From an uncultured virus (IMG/VR IMGVR_UViG_3300044614_000614) (lineage: Duplodnaviria; Heunggongvirae; Uroviricota; Caudoviricetes), in IMG/VR virus record IMGVR_UViG_3300044614_000614, positions 54,457 through 74,456 of that record: a DNA stretch of 20,000 nt; one strand, given 5' to 3'. The number at the start of each line of letters is the position of its first letter. The first letter of the stretch is position 1. Position numbers and translations under genes: made by a program. This document shows, piece by piece, positions 6,191-15,568 of this stretch. Under the pieces are notes generated by a model. It was not told where the DNA came from, searched no databases, and was given only the letters and a program-made list of their open reading frames with translations.

Positions 6191-6729
6191 TATATCCACC
6201 TCAATTTAGGTTCACCTTTATATTCATTATTGAAAACAAACCATGCGAAGGCAAGCATCCCACCACCTCCATTAAATCCGACACGATTACCGAATACATA
6301 CACATATTCTAAAACATTCAAAGAGAAAAGTCTATCTCGTCTTTCTTTGCCTTCAAGAAAACTTAGCTTGTTGAACATAGCAACTTTCTTCTCAGCCAAG
6401 TTTAAAGCATGAAGGGTGAACTTGGTTCCGATCTTGAAAGGGGGATTGGTAATGATGTTGTCAGTTTTTCTATGACTATACATAAAATCAAAGTGTGCAT
6501 CACCATATCCTCGGTCAATCAGATCCGTTGCGTATATATGATTGTATCCGTAACGCTGCAATCTCTTACAGATGGCACCATCACCACATGCTGGTTCCCA
6601 AATCTCACCAGAAAACTTTTCGCGGTCCAGAAGGGCATCAATAGCCCAATCTGGAGTCGCGTAGAAGTCATCTTTCTTCCGGTTAGGATTGCCTGAACCA
6701 GCAAGTCTTGTAAATTGTTCCAAACTCAT
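6190..6729 (-). CDS. DNA amino-methyltransferase (probably N6-adenine)
   Basis: DFYATP, WEPACGDG (SAM binding) and catalytic NPPF motif. Confidence 0.88.
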   Translation of the reverse strand: MSLEQFTRLAGSGNPNRKKDDFYATPDWAIDALLDREKFSGEIWEPACGDGAICKRLQRYGYNHIYATDLIDRGYGDAHFDFMYSHRKTDNIITNPPFKIGTKFTLHALNLAEKKVAMFNKLSFLEGKERRDRLFSLNVLEYVYVFGNRVGFNGGGGMLAFAWFVFNNEYKGEPKLRWI

Positions 6730-9290
6730 GAGAAGAAATCTTCAAGTGAACTGACATGTTCTGTTTTCCAATTGATACTGTCGAGAATGATTTTGAGAGG
6801 TTCAAGAAATGATTTCTCAAATTGTAAATCATAGTCTACATACTTCTCTATATCAAGCTCTTTTGGCACAATCGTAGGAAACGAAATGACATTAGACTGA
6901 ATTGTGTTTGGTTCTTTAAGATAAAGAAACTTGATCTTTTCACCTTCCATGATCATCGGATAATTCTTGTCTAGTTTCTTGCGCTTGATCAGATCATTAT
7001 ACATCAATGAACCACGAACGTGAATAGGTGTGCCTTTACCAAAGATAGATTTAGCATCAGCGAACTTACCAAGTCCATTCACACCACGAGGAAATGCAAT
7101 ATCAGATATTGACTGTCGTCTAAACTCTTGTCGATAAGTTTCAATCATATCAATCATATCATCTTCGGACTTGTTCAGTACAATATCAATAGCTTCCCAC
7201 ATGATCTTGCGGCAGTATGCTGGCGTTGAAGACTTGATCATCTCAAGACCCATCACCTTTACCTTAGGCTTTGCATACTCAACACCTTCGTTGTTATAGA
7301 CATTCATGATGTAACGCTTCTTGGCTGTCCAGATACCTTTGTCAGCAAGAGCTTCACGCTTCATTTGCATCTTTTGTTCGTAGGCATTAACATACTCAGC
7401 AAGCTCAGAGTAAGCTTTGTCAATAAACGGTTGAATGCGATCTTCACATACCTTGTCCATGAACTTGATGATTTTCTTTGTGTCAGCAGTTGGGTTCTGC
7501 TCAACAATAGTCTTGCTGACCAATTTATCAAGTGACAGATAAATGCTATCCGTATCTGATGCAATAACATAATCTTCTTTCTCCGTCTTGAGTAGCTTGT
7601 TCATATACTCATTTAGCTTATTCTCAATCCAGCGAATAGACAACTGACCTGCTGTAGTAATAGCAGACGCTTGTCTCACATCAAAGAAACGAAAGAACTC
7701 ATTACCTAAAGCACCATAAGCTGAGTTCAGAGAGACCTTCTTCGCAAGTTGTAGATTATTATACCTTGCAATGCGTTTCTCAATGTCATATCGTTTTGTG
7801 GAGTCGGTTTCTTTTTCAAGTTCTTTCTTAGCTTCGATAGCTTTCTTTTTATATGCGCTACGGTCATTGTACATTGTTTCCATAAGCTCAGGTAAAAAAC
7901 CATGTCGTTCTTTTGTGAAAAACTGACCATTCGGAGTCAGTGTTACATTAGCAGTCTTAAGCACACTAGTTTCAATCTTCTGCTCAAGAAGATTATCAAC
8001 GTTTACTGTGTTTCGAGTGATAAACTCTCTTAGTGTTCCATCATAATGCACCGGCTCAATGATGGTGTCAGGGCTAATGTTCCACTGCATAATGAGATGA
8101 GGGTACAGAGAATTGAGATCGAAGCTTGCGACCCACTTATGCATACCAATGAGAGGGTTTTTAACAAATGCACCTTCATACATACTGTCTTTCTGATGTG
8201 TGGTGTTCTGAGGAATAACGATCTTCTTCTTTCGAAGATGATTGAAGATGATGATATCCCACATGCGAACCTGAGTGAACGCATCTTCATAATTTGTTTT
8301 GGAGTCATATGCCAAGGTCAAAACAAGTTCAATCAGCTTCAACTTGTCATCAAGCTTATCGATGAGTTCAACGTCACGAATGTTATACTCAATGAATAGC
8401 TGAAAATTGTCACGATATAGTGAGTGAAGATTACCATACTCTTCATATGAAAGCTTACGTTCACCCAATTCTACATTAGCAATCGCATCAAGTTTATATG
8501 ACTCTTGCGACTTACCATTAGGAGCATAACGCTGATACAGATCAATATAGTCAAGAGATGCTATACCCAAAATAGAGTATGTCTTAAATTGACGACCTGG
8601 ACCAAAGTTAACTTGTCTCTCGTTGATAACACCCCAAGGAGAAAGTCTCTTTGCAGTTGCTTCACCACACAGTTTCGTAATACGGTTTACAAGATATGGA
8701 ATATCGAAGAACTTGATATTCCAACCAGTGATGATATCGGGATAATTCTTGTTATTAGACCAAACATCTAGAAACTTATAGATCAGATCAAATTCATCTC
8801 TACACTTCACATATGTAACGTCTTCGCGGTTGTTGATGAAATCACCGCAACCGAAAACGTGAAAGCCAAGTTTTGTCTTGATGGTAATAGCAGTGATTGG
8901 TTCATTAGCAACATCAGGTTCTGGAAAGCCGTTCTCACTGCCCACCTCAATATCGATGTTTGCTACGTTTATATCTGCAATGTCCCAATCGATATGTTCA
9001 TCAAAGTTATCAGCAATGAACGAATATTCATAACGCTGATTACCGAAGATTTTAAAACCTTCTACACCCTCATATTGCTTGATGAAATCACGACAGTCAC
9101 GAATGTTACCTGGCTTGATTTCAGAAACAAATTCACCATGAATAGTGTGAAACCCTGTATGGGTTTTTGAAGACACATACAGGGTTGGGTTATAATCGAT
9201 TTTCTTTGTTATACGAAATCCGTTTTCGATGCCACGATACAGGATACGTGAGCCGTATACCTGCACATTAGTATAGAATGAATTTGTCAT
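6726..9290 (-). CDS. gp43: T4 gp43-like family B DNA polymerase
   Basis: Exonuclease motifs DIE, GWNxxxFD and YNxxD; polymerase motifs SFDLNSLYP, KxxLNSAYG, SDTDS and KKRY. Confidence 0.98.
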   Translation of the reverse strand: MTNSFYTNVQVYGSRILYRGIENGFRITKKIDYNPTLYVSSKTHTGFHTIHGEFVSEIKPGNIRDCRDFIKQYEGVEGFKIFGNQRYEYSFIADNFDEHIDWDIADINVANIDIEVGSENGFPEPDVANEPITAITIKTKLGFHVFGCGDFINNREDVTYVKCRDEFDLIYKFLDVWSNNKNYPDIITGWNIKFFDIPYLVNRITKLCGEATAKRLSPWGVINERQVNFGPGRQFKTYSILGIASLDYIDLYQRYAPNGKSQESYKLDAIANVELGERKLSYEEYGNLHSLYRDNFQLFIEYNIRDVELIDKLDDKLKLIELVLTLAYDSKTNYEDAFTQVRMWDIIIFNHLRKKKIVIPQNTTHQKDSMYEGAFVKNPLIGMHKWVASFDLNSLYPHLIMQWNISPDTIIEPVHYDGTLREFITRNTVNVDNLLEQKIETSVLKTANVTLTPNGQFFTKERHGFLPELMETMYNDRSAYKKKAIEAKKELEKETDSTKRYDIEKRIARYNNLQLAKKVSLNSAYGALGNEFFRFFDVRQASAITTAGQLSIRWIENKLNEYMNKLLKTEKEDYVIASDTDSIYLSLDKLVSKTIVEQNPTADTKKIIKFMDKVCEDRIQPFIDKAYSELAEYVNAYEQKMQMKREALADKGIWTAKKRYIMNVYNNEGVEYAKPKVKVMGLEMIKSSTPAYCRKIMWEAIDIVLNKSEDDMIDMIETYRQEFRRQSISDIAFPRGVNGLGKFADAKSIFGKGTPIHVRGSLMYNDLIKRKKLDKNYPMIMEGEKIKFLYLKEPNTIQSNVISFPTIVPKELDIEKYVDYDLQFEKSFLEPLKIILDSINWKTEHVSSLEDFFS

Positions 9291-9607
9291 TATGCTCCAG
9301 GAAGAATGAGTTTACTCGAAGGTGCAATGATGCCACCAAAAATAGAATTGTACTGATTAAGGAAATCAGATACAGGGTTCATTATACAGAGAACATGTAC
9401 CCTGTCAATCGTGAAGTCTTTATCTTCAGAGAATTCTGCCCATGGTGCAATACCAACATTTGGTGTGTTTGGATCGACCTTAGATGTGCCAAGTACCACA
9501 ATGCGGACAGGATTCTTCATCACCAAATTGTCTCTGTCAAAGTGAAGAACTTCTGCCAGAATTTCATCACGATTAGTTAGCTTAATAAGTTTTACATTGC
9601 CTGCCAT
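9290..9607 (-). CDS. Hypothetical protein upstream of gp43 (possible Sm-like fold)
   Basis: KLIKLTNRDEILA..NPV..APW pattern typical of the small gene beside gp43 in T4-like phages; TAATG coupling. Confidence 0.7.
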   Translation of the reverse strand: MAGNVKLIKLTNRDEILAEVLHFDRDNLVMKNPVRIVVLGTSKVDPNTPNVGIAPWAEFSEDKDFTIDRVHVLCIMNPVSDFLNQYNSIFGGIIAPSSKLILPGA

Positions 9608-9789
9608 TATTCAATTTCTCCTACGTAATCAAAAACACCAACTGTTGTCCACTTCTCTGGGGTATATGTCATTCTAGATCCACTTTCGGTCTTATAGACA
9701 TACTTGTTGTCATAATCCATAATTTTAGCAAGCTTCTCCCACTTGCCGTCATACTCACGTTGCTTCCATTGTGTTTCGAGAATATTCAT
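9607..9789 (-). CDS. Hypothetical protein (60 aa)
   Basis: AGGAG RBS; TAATG coupling to the next gene. Confidence 0.75.
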   Translation of the reverse strand: MNILETQWKQREYDGKWEKLAKIMDYDNKYVYKTESGSRMTYTPEKWTTVGVFDYVGEIE

Positions 9790-9798
9790 AGTATCTCC

Positions 9799-9999
9799 TT
9801 AATTGAACTTAGTTCCACTCATCTTTTCTTCGGTAGTCACATACACCATACGTTCTTCATCATTAGTATAGTATACTGGGTTCATACCTGCTTGTCTATA
9901 GTCATCGCCCCATTTCAGTGCTGTGTGAAAGTTGCTATCGGGACCCATAATCTCTGCGGCTTGTTTTAGAATTTCTTCGGAAATAGTCTTGTATGTCAT
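9799..9999 (-). CDS. Hypothetical protein (66 aa)
   Basis: ORF with AGGA RBS. Confidence 0.75.
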   Translation of the reverse strand: MTYKTISEEILKQAAEIMGPDSNFHTALKWGDDYRQAGMNPVYYTNDEERMVYVTTEEKMSGTKFN

Positions 10000-10020
10000 A
10001 GTTCTATTCCTTCTAGAGAG

Positions 10021-10281
10021 TTACCAAACTCCGTCTTCAATTAGGCCTGCTCTGCCTTCATTGATAAGATTATTTATACAGTTATCGCAGATGTTACCTG
10101 TATCATAAAATGGTCCGCGCTTAAGAGCGTACCGTTGCATATCGTATCGTGAACCGTAATGAGCAAGAATGTAGTGTGTGCCACTATGCAGATAGAGAGT
10201 TGCAGCACAACCATTTGCTTGCTCTGTTTCATCAAGATATGGCATAGCTTTATACTCAGTATTGCATGTGTTACACTTCAT
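10021..10281 (-). CDS. Hypothetical zinc-binding protein
   Basis: Two CxxC motifs (CNTC, CDNC); start set at ATG 10281. Confidence 0.7.
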   Translation of the reverse strand: MKCNTCNTEYKAMPYLDETEQANGCAATLYLHSGTHYILAHYGSRYDMQRYALKRGPFYDTGNICDNCINNLINEGRAGLIEDGVW

Positions 10282-10283
10282 AA

Positions 10284-11021
10284 TCAGTCCCACAGATTCT
10301 GATAGTATTTACCGAAGAGAATAAATCCGTTCTGCTTGCGCTTATGATAAGCATCAAACTTTTCTTTGTTGAACTTGCCGCGTTCACGCTCACGCTTTTC
10401 AGACCAACATAATTCTTCTTTTTCAACCACAGTGCCATCAGCTTTCAAAACACTGTAAGTACGAGGTTCAATCACTTCATCAGGAGCATAAGGATCATAG
10501 AAATTCTTATCGCTTTCATACTCATCAAGCTCCTGCTCAAAGCTCCAAATCATCTGGTCAATAACCCAAAGCCACTGAGATTGAAACTTTTTGTCCACCG
10601 CTTCAAGTTCTTCTTCAGTGGCATTCAAACTATGATCAAAACAACCATAATCAAAGACTGCTTTCTCTCTTTCAGAGAAACGAAGATGTTCAGGCAAATC
10701 TTCTTTATCTACAAAAGGACTGCCATGCTTGGTATCCCTAAGCTGCTTCAACATAGGAAGAGTGATATGTGCCAGCGTGTGATCCATTGACCAAGTGTCA
10801 TAGTTATCAATGCGAACATTGATCTTACGCTTACGATTACTGACAAGCTTGTTGATTGTTGCATCTAAAACAGTCTGACACCAGCTTTCAAGCTTTTCAA
10901 GAAACTTGTCAAAACGAGTGGTGCTTTCTTCCCACTCATATCCATATTTCTTGTTCATATGCTTGTAATGGAAATCAGCAACGTAACGATTGCCTACATG
11001 TGGTCCAATATACACTTTCAT
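10284..11021 (-). CDS. Hypothetical T4-like phage protein
   Basis: Long ORF MKVYIG...DTWSMDHTLA...FGKYYQNLWD; start set by ATGA overlap with the upstream stop. Confidence 0.8.
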   Translation of the reverse strand: MKVYIGPHVGNRYVADFHYKHMNKKYGYEWEESTTRFDKFLEKLESWCQTVLDATINKLVSNRKRKINVRIDNYDTWSMDHTLAHITLPMLKQLRDTKHGSPFVDKEDLPEHLRFSEREKAVFDYGCFDHSLNATEEELEAVDKKFQSQWLWVIDQMIWSFEQELDEYESDKNFYDPYAPDEVIEPRTYSVLKADGTVVEKEELCWSEKRERERGKFNKEKFDAYHKRKQNGFILFGKYYQNLWD

Positions 11022-11701
11022 TGTTCTACAATGTCCTTTAAAATTTGATATGTGTCTTGCCAGTCTCTTACCCAATGCGCGTGATCAGCTAATAGATAGA
11101 TTGTATGATCGTTGCCACCCACTTCACACTTATCACCAAAGAACGTGAAGGGATATACATACTTTGCAATCTGAGACTTATCTTTGCCCTTCAAAAAGAT
11201 ATCAATACCAGTCTCACCACCAACTACACAATCGAGTCGTGGGAACATACTGTTCAGTCTCTGACATATAATTTTACGTTCGTTTGTAGCATTGTCCCAT
11301 TCTATGTACTGATGTCTCTGCACTTTGTTTGCATTACGTCCTACTATAGAAAAGTTGACAGTGCCAATACGTTCTTCAATATGATTACCAGTACGAACAG
11401 AGAAGCCTGAAATCATTGCTTCATTTTCAAGTGCTTCTCTTTCTTGTTCAGTAAGCTTAAAGTGATACTGTTGAATTATCAGTCCTCTCTTGACCAAGAG
11501 ATTACCAGAGCAATTGAAGATTCCTTCTACTGCATAGCAGATATCAGAACCCAATTGCTCTTCGGTTTTCTTGTAGTCTGAACCAGTAACAATGTAGACG
11601 GGATGTGTCCTACAGAAGTTTAGAAAGAATGATTCAAACTCAGAGTCGATCAGACCTCTAGACGGAGTAAGAGTCCCGTCTACATCAAAAACGTAGTTCA
11701 T
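11018..11701 (-). CDS. HAD-superfamily phosphomannomutase-like enzyme (eukaryote-type PMM, HAD-IIB)
   Basis: FDVDGTLT, VTGSD, HIEER..NFS..GR, GG..GIDIF and FFGDK..GGND motifs. Confidence 0.85.
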   Translation of the reverse strand: MNYVFDVDGTLTPSRGLIDSEFESFFLNFCRTHPVYIVTGSDYKKTEEQLGSDICYAVEGIFNCSGNLLVKRGLIIQQYHFKLTEQEREALENEAMISGFSVRTGNHIEERIGTVNFSIVGRNANKVQRHQYIEWDNATNERKIICQRLNSMFPRLDCVVGGETGIDIFLKGKDKSQIAKYVYPFTFFGDKCEVGGNDHTIYLLADHAHWVRDWQDTYQILKDIVEQ

Positions 11702-11937
11702 GAATTGCTACCAGACTTTCCTGTTGCAGTTCTGATTTGCTCAGGAGTGATTACCATACAAGTATAATATGTGCGGCCTGAGTTTGTGCCAACTTCAATC
11801 TGCTTTTGGTCTACGAGTTCACGACCAGCAGCATTGCATTCTTGCTCATTGTTGTATAAGGGAGAGTTAGGATAATGAACATCAGTGTAAACATCACCAT
11901 TGTTCATTACAACATTCAAAACGATAAACCAAATCAT
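11698..11937 (-). CDS. Hypothetical protein with hydrophobic N-terminus (79 aa)
   Basis: GAGG RBS; ATGA coupling. Confidence 0.7.
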   Translation of the reverse strand: MIWFIVLNVVMNNGDVYTDVHYPNSPLYNNEQECNAAGRELVDQKQIEVGTNSGRTYYTCMVITPEQIRTATGKSGSNS

Positions 11938-11959
11938 GTCTATGCCTCATTATTTAAAT

Positions 11960-12033
11960 TGGAGCGAGGTGCGGGACTCGAACCCGCTTCTACAGCTTGG
12001 AAGGCTGGGGCACAACCCATATACCAACCCCGC
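11960..12033 (-). tRNA. tRNA-Gly(TCC)
   Basis: Acceptor GCGGGGT/ACCTCGC; loop CT-TCC-AA; T arm GCGGG-TTCGAGT-CCCGC; U73 then CCA; ACTAAATA late-like motif at 12043-12050. Confidence 0.92.
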
Positions 12034-12045
12034 AATTAATAGTAT

Positions 12046-12276
12046 TTAGTTCACTAGTTGAGAGATTCCACGAAGCCACTTAAATTCTCTTTCAAGAAGA
12101 ATGAGTGCTTCCTTTTTATTTCCACGATTCCAATAGTATTCAGCTTCAATGAGGTCAGGCTCTTGTTCTACATTGTAGCCGCGAGACTTGACTTCTTCGA
12201 TTAGTTCGGAATCTGTCCATTCAGAAAGATCAACATCAATCTCAACGTGTTCCGTAAAATACTTGGTGCTAGCCAT
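12046..12276 (-). CDS. Hypothetical protein (76 aa)
   Basis: GAGG RBS, downstream of a promoter. Confidence 0.75.
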   Translation of the reverse strand: MASTKYFTEHVEIDVDLSEWTDSELIEEVKSRGYNVEQEPDLIEAEYYWNRGNKKEALILLEREFKWLRGISQLVN

Positions 12277-12306
12277 AACTTCCTCTATGTGTGTTTGAGT
12301 TATAAC

Positions 12307-12335
12307 AATATACTATAGGAATCAGATCAAGTCAA
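12307..12335 (-). promoter_or_regulatory. Sigma70-like promoter
   Basis: TTGACT (12330-12335), 17-bp spacer, TATATT (12307-12312). Confidence 0.6.
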
Positions 12336-12534
12336 CAGAAATCACTTTCCTTTGCTTCTCGGCTTCTTTGCGATCTTTGGTGCGTTTCCTGGCGACTTTG
12401 GCGATTTCGATTTTTCTTTCTTTGTTGGCGTAGAACCATTCTTCGATTTCTTCAGCCGTCCTGCCGCATCCTCGGCATATTCTTTTAGTGTCTTCATATT
12501 CACACACCTTCGTACAAATAGAATTATTAGACAT
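12322..12534 (-). CDS. DUF1289 family small Cys-rich protein
   Basis: SICTKVC...ICRGCGRTAEEIEEW signature. Confidence 0.8.
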   Translation of the reverse strand: MSNNSICTKVCEYEDTKRICRGCGRTAEEIEEWFYANKERKIEIAKVARKRTKDRKEAEKQRKVISVDLI

Positions 12535-13516
12535 GCACTTTTATCTTTTCTAAACAGCGATCAATACTTTCATCCACTTTAATCTTGGCTTCCCATCCTA
12601 ACATCTGCTTGACCTTTGTGACATCAGGAACACGAACACGCACATCATTCTCATATTCTGCAATGCTGTCAAACACAAGAGCATTATCTTCAATCATACC
12701 CTTTTCAACAGCAATATCACGAATAGTAAGAGCAAGTTCAGACATTGAAATTGGTTCTTTATTTCCTAAATTGAAGATTTCGTTCTTCGTTGTTTCAGAG
12801 AAAGAATGTTGTGCAATTGCTCTTGCAACATCATCAATCCACGTGAAGCAACGAATTTGCTTGCCGTCTCCAATGATAGGTAAAACTTGTTTCTTTTCTA
12901 TTACGATATTTTTGATATAGTCTGCAAAGACATGAGATATGCCTACATCACCTTCAGACTTCTCATAAGGAGTTATGATATTGAACGGACGCCAAATCGT
13001 ATAATCAAGATCATATTGCTTTTTGTATGCACGTGATAGTCTCTCACCTATAAACTTAGACATTCCGTATTCGGTGTGCGGTGCAGGAAAAACATCTACT
13101 TGATCTTCATAAACAGGTCTAAAAACATCTTGAGGACAATTTTCATATACCATGCTTGAAGAGATGTAAACGACTCTCTTCACTTTCCAATTATATGCAG
13201 ACTCTAAAATATTACCATGTAAAGTCACATCATTATAAAGAATGTCTGCACAATACTTGTTGAAGCCACCAACGCCGAATATCCTTGCCGCTGCTTGAAT
13301 GATATAATCTGGTTTGTATTTACCTATTAGAGAGTGAACATCATACGCATTTGTCAAATCTAAATTCTCGAATAGATAACCCTTTGCGATATTCAATCGT
13401 TCATTGTATCTGAATAAATTGTCAACACCAATGACTTCATGTCCTTGATCTAATAGATAAGGAATGACAGCCTGCATCAGACTACCTTCAGATCCTGTTA
13501 CTAAAATCTTGCTCAT
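12527..13516 (-). CDS. NAD-dependent nucleotide-sugar epimerase/dehydratase
   Basis: ILVTG, YISSSMVY, YGMSK (YxxxK), RPFN and GDGKQIRCFT motifs; start at ATGA overlap. Confidence 0.92.
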   Translation of the reverse strand: MSKILVTGSEGSLMQAVIPYLLDQGHEVIGVDNLFRYNERLNIAKGYLFENLDLTNAYDVHSLIGKYKPDYIIQAAARIFGVGGFNKYCADILYNDVTLHGNILESAYNWKVKRVVYISSSMVYENCPQDVFRPVYEDQVDVFPAPHTEYGMSKFIGERLSRAYKKQYDLDYTIWRPFNIITPYEKSEGDVGISHVFADYIKNIVIEKKQVLPIIGDGKQIRCFTWIDDVARAIAQHSFSETTKNEIFNLGNKEPISMSELALTIRDIAVEKGMIEDNALVFDSIAEYENDVRVRVPDVTKVKQMLGWEAKIKVDESIDRCLEKIKVHV

Positions 13517-14736
13517 GTGTAAAATATTCCACTCTTTGTTTTCTTGCTTTCGTCTAAAAATTTCCATGCATCTGCAATGAGAATGTTTGTCTTCTTTGAA
13601 ATGTGTTCATCGTAAAACTTCTTAAACTGGTTGTGAGGAGTCATCACAACGAAGGCATCATAATCATTTATATCATGGGTCGGCCATACATTGTCGGGAT
13701 GTGCGATATATGGATCAAAGAATGCATACGCAATACCATGTCTCTTACAAATCTTCGCAAACTTGAAGCTAAGACTATTACGTGCATCATCACAATCTGC
13801 TTTAAATGTTGCACCAAGTATACCAATTCTCTTCGTTTCAGGTTTTTCTTTCATTATCGCGTTGAACATATATTGAGGCATTCCTTCATTGATGAGGAAT
13901 GATGCTTGAATCAGTTCTGGATAAGGAACATTTTCAAGTAAAAACTTACCGTCTTTAAATAAACACGGACCACCTACATTTGGGCCAGGTTTAGGTAATG
14001 CCATACGAGAATAGTTCTTGTTTACAGAATCAATAACCTTATGAACATCTAATCCTTGTTCTGTGCCAATCATGTAGAATTCGTTTGCGAGAGCAAATGT
14101 CACATAACGATACATATTTGTAATAAGCTTACCAAATTCAGCTTCACGAGGAGTTAGATGAATGCACTCTTCTACGAATGTAAAGATTTCTTTTGCAGCA
14201 TCAAAAGCTTCTTTCGTTCTTGCACCAATCAACTGAGGAAACTTCTTACTTTCAACAATACCTACACCTTGTGCTACACGCTCAGGCGCGAATACAATAT
14301 GAAAAGGAACATCAGTTTCATCAAACAAAATACTTTCTAGAAGATCAGTAGTTCCAGGAGCAACTGTGCTTCTCAGTATTACGACTGCGTTTTCTTTGAG
14401 ATTAGGAGCAAGATCATACTTCACGAAGTCAATGATATCATCAACTCTAGGATTACCTTCACCATCAACAGGAGTACCAATCATGATTGCAACAGCATCA
14501 CATTCTACTAAGAGTTCTGTGTTTGTTGTATAAGTCAAACGATCTGTACTGAGCAAGCTCATTAGCAAGTCTTTTGCTCCCTCTTCTTTATGAGGTACAA
14601 AGCCGCCTAATAGTTGCATACATGCGGCAGGATTTCTATCAATGCCTATGACATTATGTCCAGCATCAGCCAATACAAGGCTGAATGGGAAACCTACGTG
14701 ACCCGCGGCACCAATAACGGCTACTTTTTTAACCAT
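13513..14736 (-). CDS. UDP-glucose/GDP-mannose dehydrogenase family (UDP-ManNAc dehydrogenase-like)
   Basis: VIGAAGHVG, LRSTVAPGTT, APERV, catalytic GGPCLFKD and GATFKADCDDARNS motifs. Confidence 0.92.
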   Translation of the reverse strand: MVKKVAVIGAAGHVGFPFSLVLADAGHNVIGIDRNPAACMQLLGGFVPHKEEGAKDLLMSLLSTDRLTYTTNTELLVECDAVAIMIGTPVDGEGNPRVDDIIDFVKYDLAPNLKENAVVILRSTVAPGTTDLLESILFDETDVPFHIVFAPERVAQGVGIVESKKFPQLIGARTKEAFDAAKEIFTFVEECIHLTPREAEFGKLITNMYRYVTFALANEFYMIGTEQGLDVHKVIDSVNKNYSRMALPKPGPNVGGPCLFKDGKFLLENVPYPELIQASFLINEGMPQYMFNAIMKEKPETKRIGILGATFKADCDDARNSLSFKFAKICKRHGIAYAFFDPYIAHPDNVWPTHDINDYDAFVVMTPHNQFKKFYDEHISKKTNILIADAWKFLDESKKTKSGIFYT

Positions 14737-14737
14737 C

Positions 14738-15568
14738 TCAAGTTTCCTTATTAAACTTAAGCATTGCGATATTCCATTCATCCCACTCTTCACGTTTGAC
14801 GTTAATTGGATGAAGTTCAAAATCATTTGGATTCATCTTGTAGTTCATCAACAATACTGTTTGATCATCATCAATCAAGCCGCAATTAATCATGGACGAT
14901 AAAGATTGCTTGTTATATGATAATTGTCTGAACCACGCCTCTTTACCACCAACTAAATGACATCCCATGATGTATACATCATTATGTCTTATGATATCGA
15001 AGATTGGTCTGCCAAAGTCAATGTCTTTTTTATTGAAGTAGTGCATCTTGTTAGGATCAAAGTCATAATCCCATATGTTAGACTTAGGTAAAGTCTTTTC
15101 ACTTCTAACATATCCAAAGTCTAACCATGCAGCAATATTTGTTTTGATTTGGTCTCTTTCATATGCACCAACAACAAAATCAGTCTTTAGATAGTTTACC
15201 AACACATAATCTGCATTCCAATATTCTGGCATTCTTGGATCATTTACAAACTCAATGTACTCTCTGCGACTCTGAATTCTTTCAATCACAGGCTTAGCAC
15301 TCTTTACTATTTCACTAAAGTCAAGAGGAACAACAACTGTTCTAGAACCTGGAGACTGCTTCTCTCTTATCTTAGAGATGATTTCAGCGTGTTCTTCTGA
15401 ACAGTATATAATCATATCGTTTCTAATCTTGGCTAGATTTTCAAAGTAGCTGAAATAACTTTCAGTTGATCTTGGAATATAATGTGGTGTATCGATACCA
15501 TGTGAAGTTTTATTCCAATTGCTCCTGCCAATATCAAAGAAGGCTGTGACTACAGTAATGTTACTCAT
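14738..15568 (-). CDS. HtrL/YibB-family glycosyltransferase-like protein
   Basis: TVVTAFFDIGR, AWLDFGY and DDDQ motifs. Confidence 0.85.
   Translation of the reverse strand: MSNITVVTAFFDIGRSNWNKTSHGIDTPHYIPRSTESYFSYFENLAKIRNDMIIYCSEEHAEIISKIREKQSPGSRTVVVPLDFSEIVKSAKPVIERIQSRREYIEFVNDPRMPEYWNADYVLVNYLKTDFVVGAYERDQIKTNIAAWLDFGYVRSEKTLPKSNIWDYDFDPNKMHYFNKKDIDFGRPIFDIIRHNDVYIMGCHLVGGKEAWFRQLSYNKQSLSSMINCGLIDDDQTVLLMNYKMNPNDFELHPINVKREEWDEWNIAMLKFNKET

Noticed and set aside
2982..9290. Intein or intron in gp41, uvsX or gp43
   Set aside because: ORFs are uninterrupted, of ordinary length, and show no splicing motifs.
13480..13516. Epimerase as a pseudogene because its nucleotide-binding loop reads GSEGSLM
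   Set aside because: The ORF is intact with YxxxK and other motifs retained; more likely a family variant.
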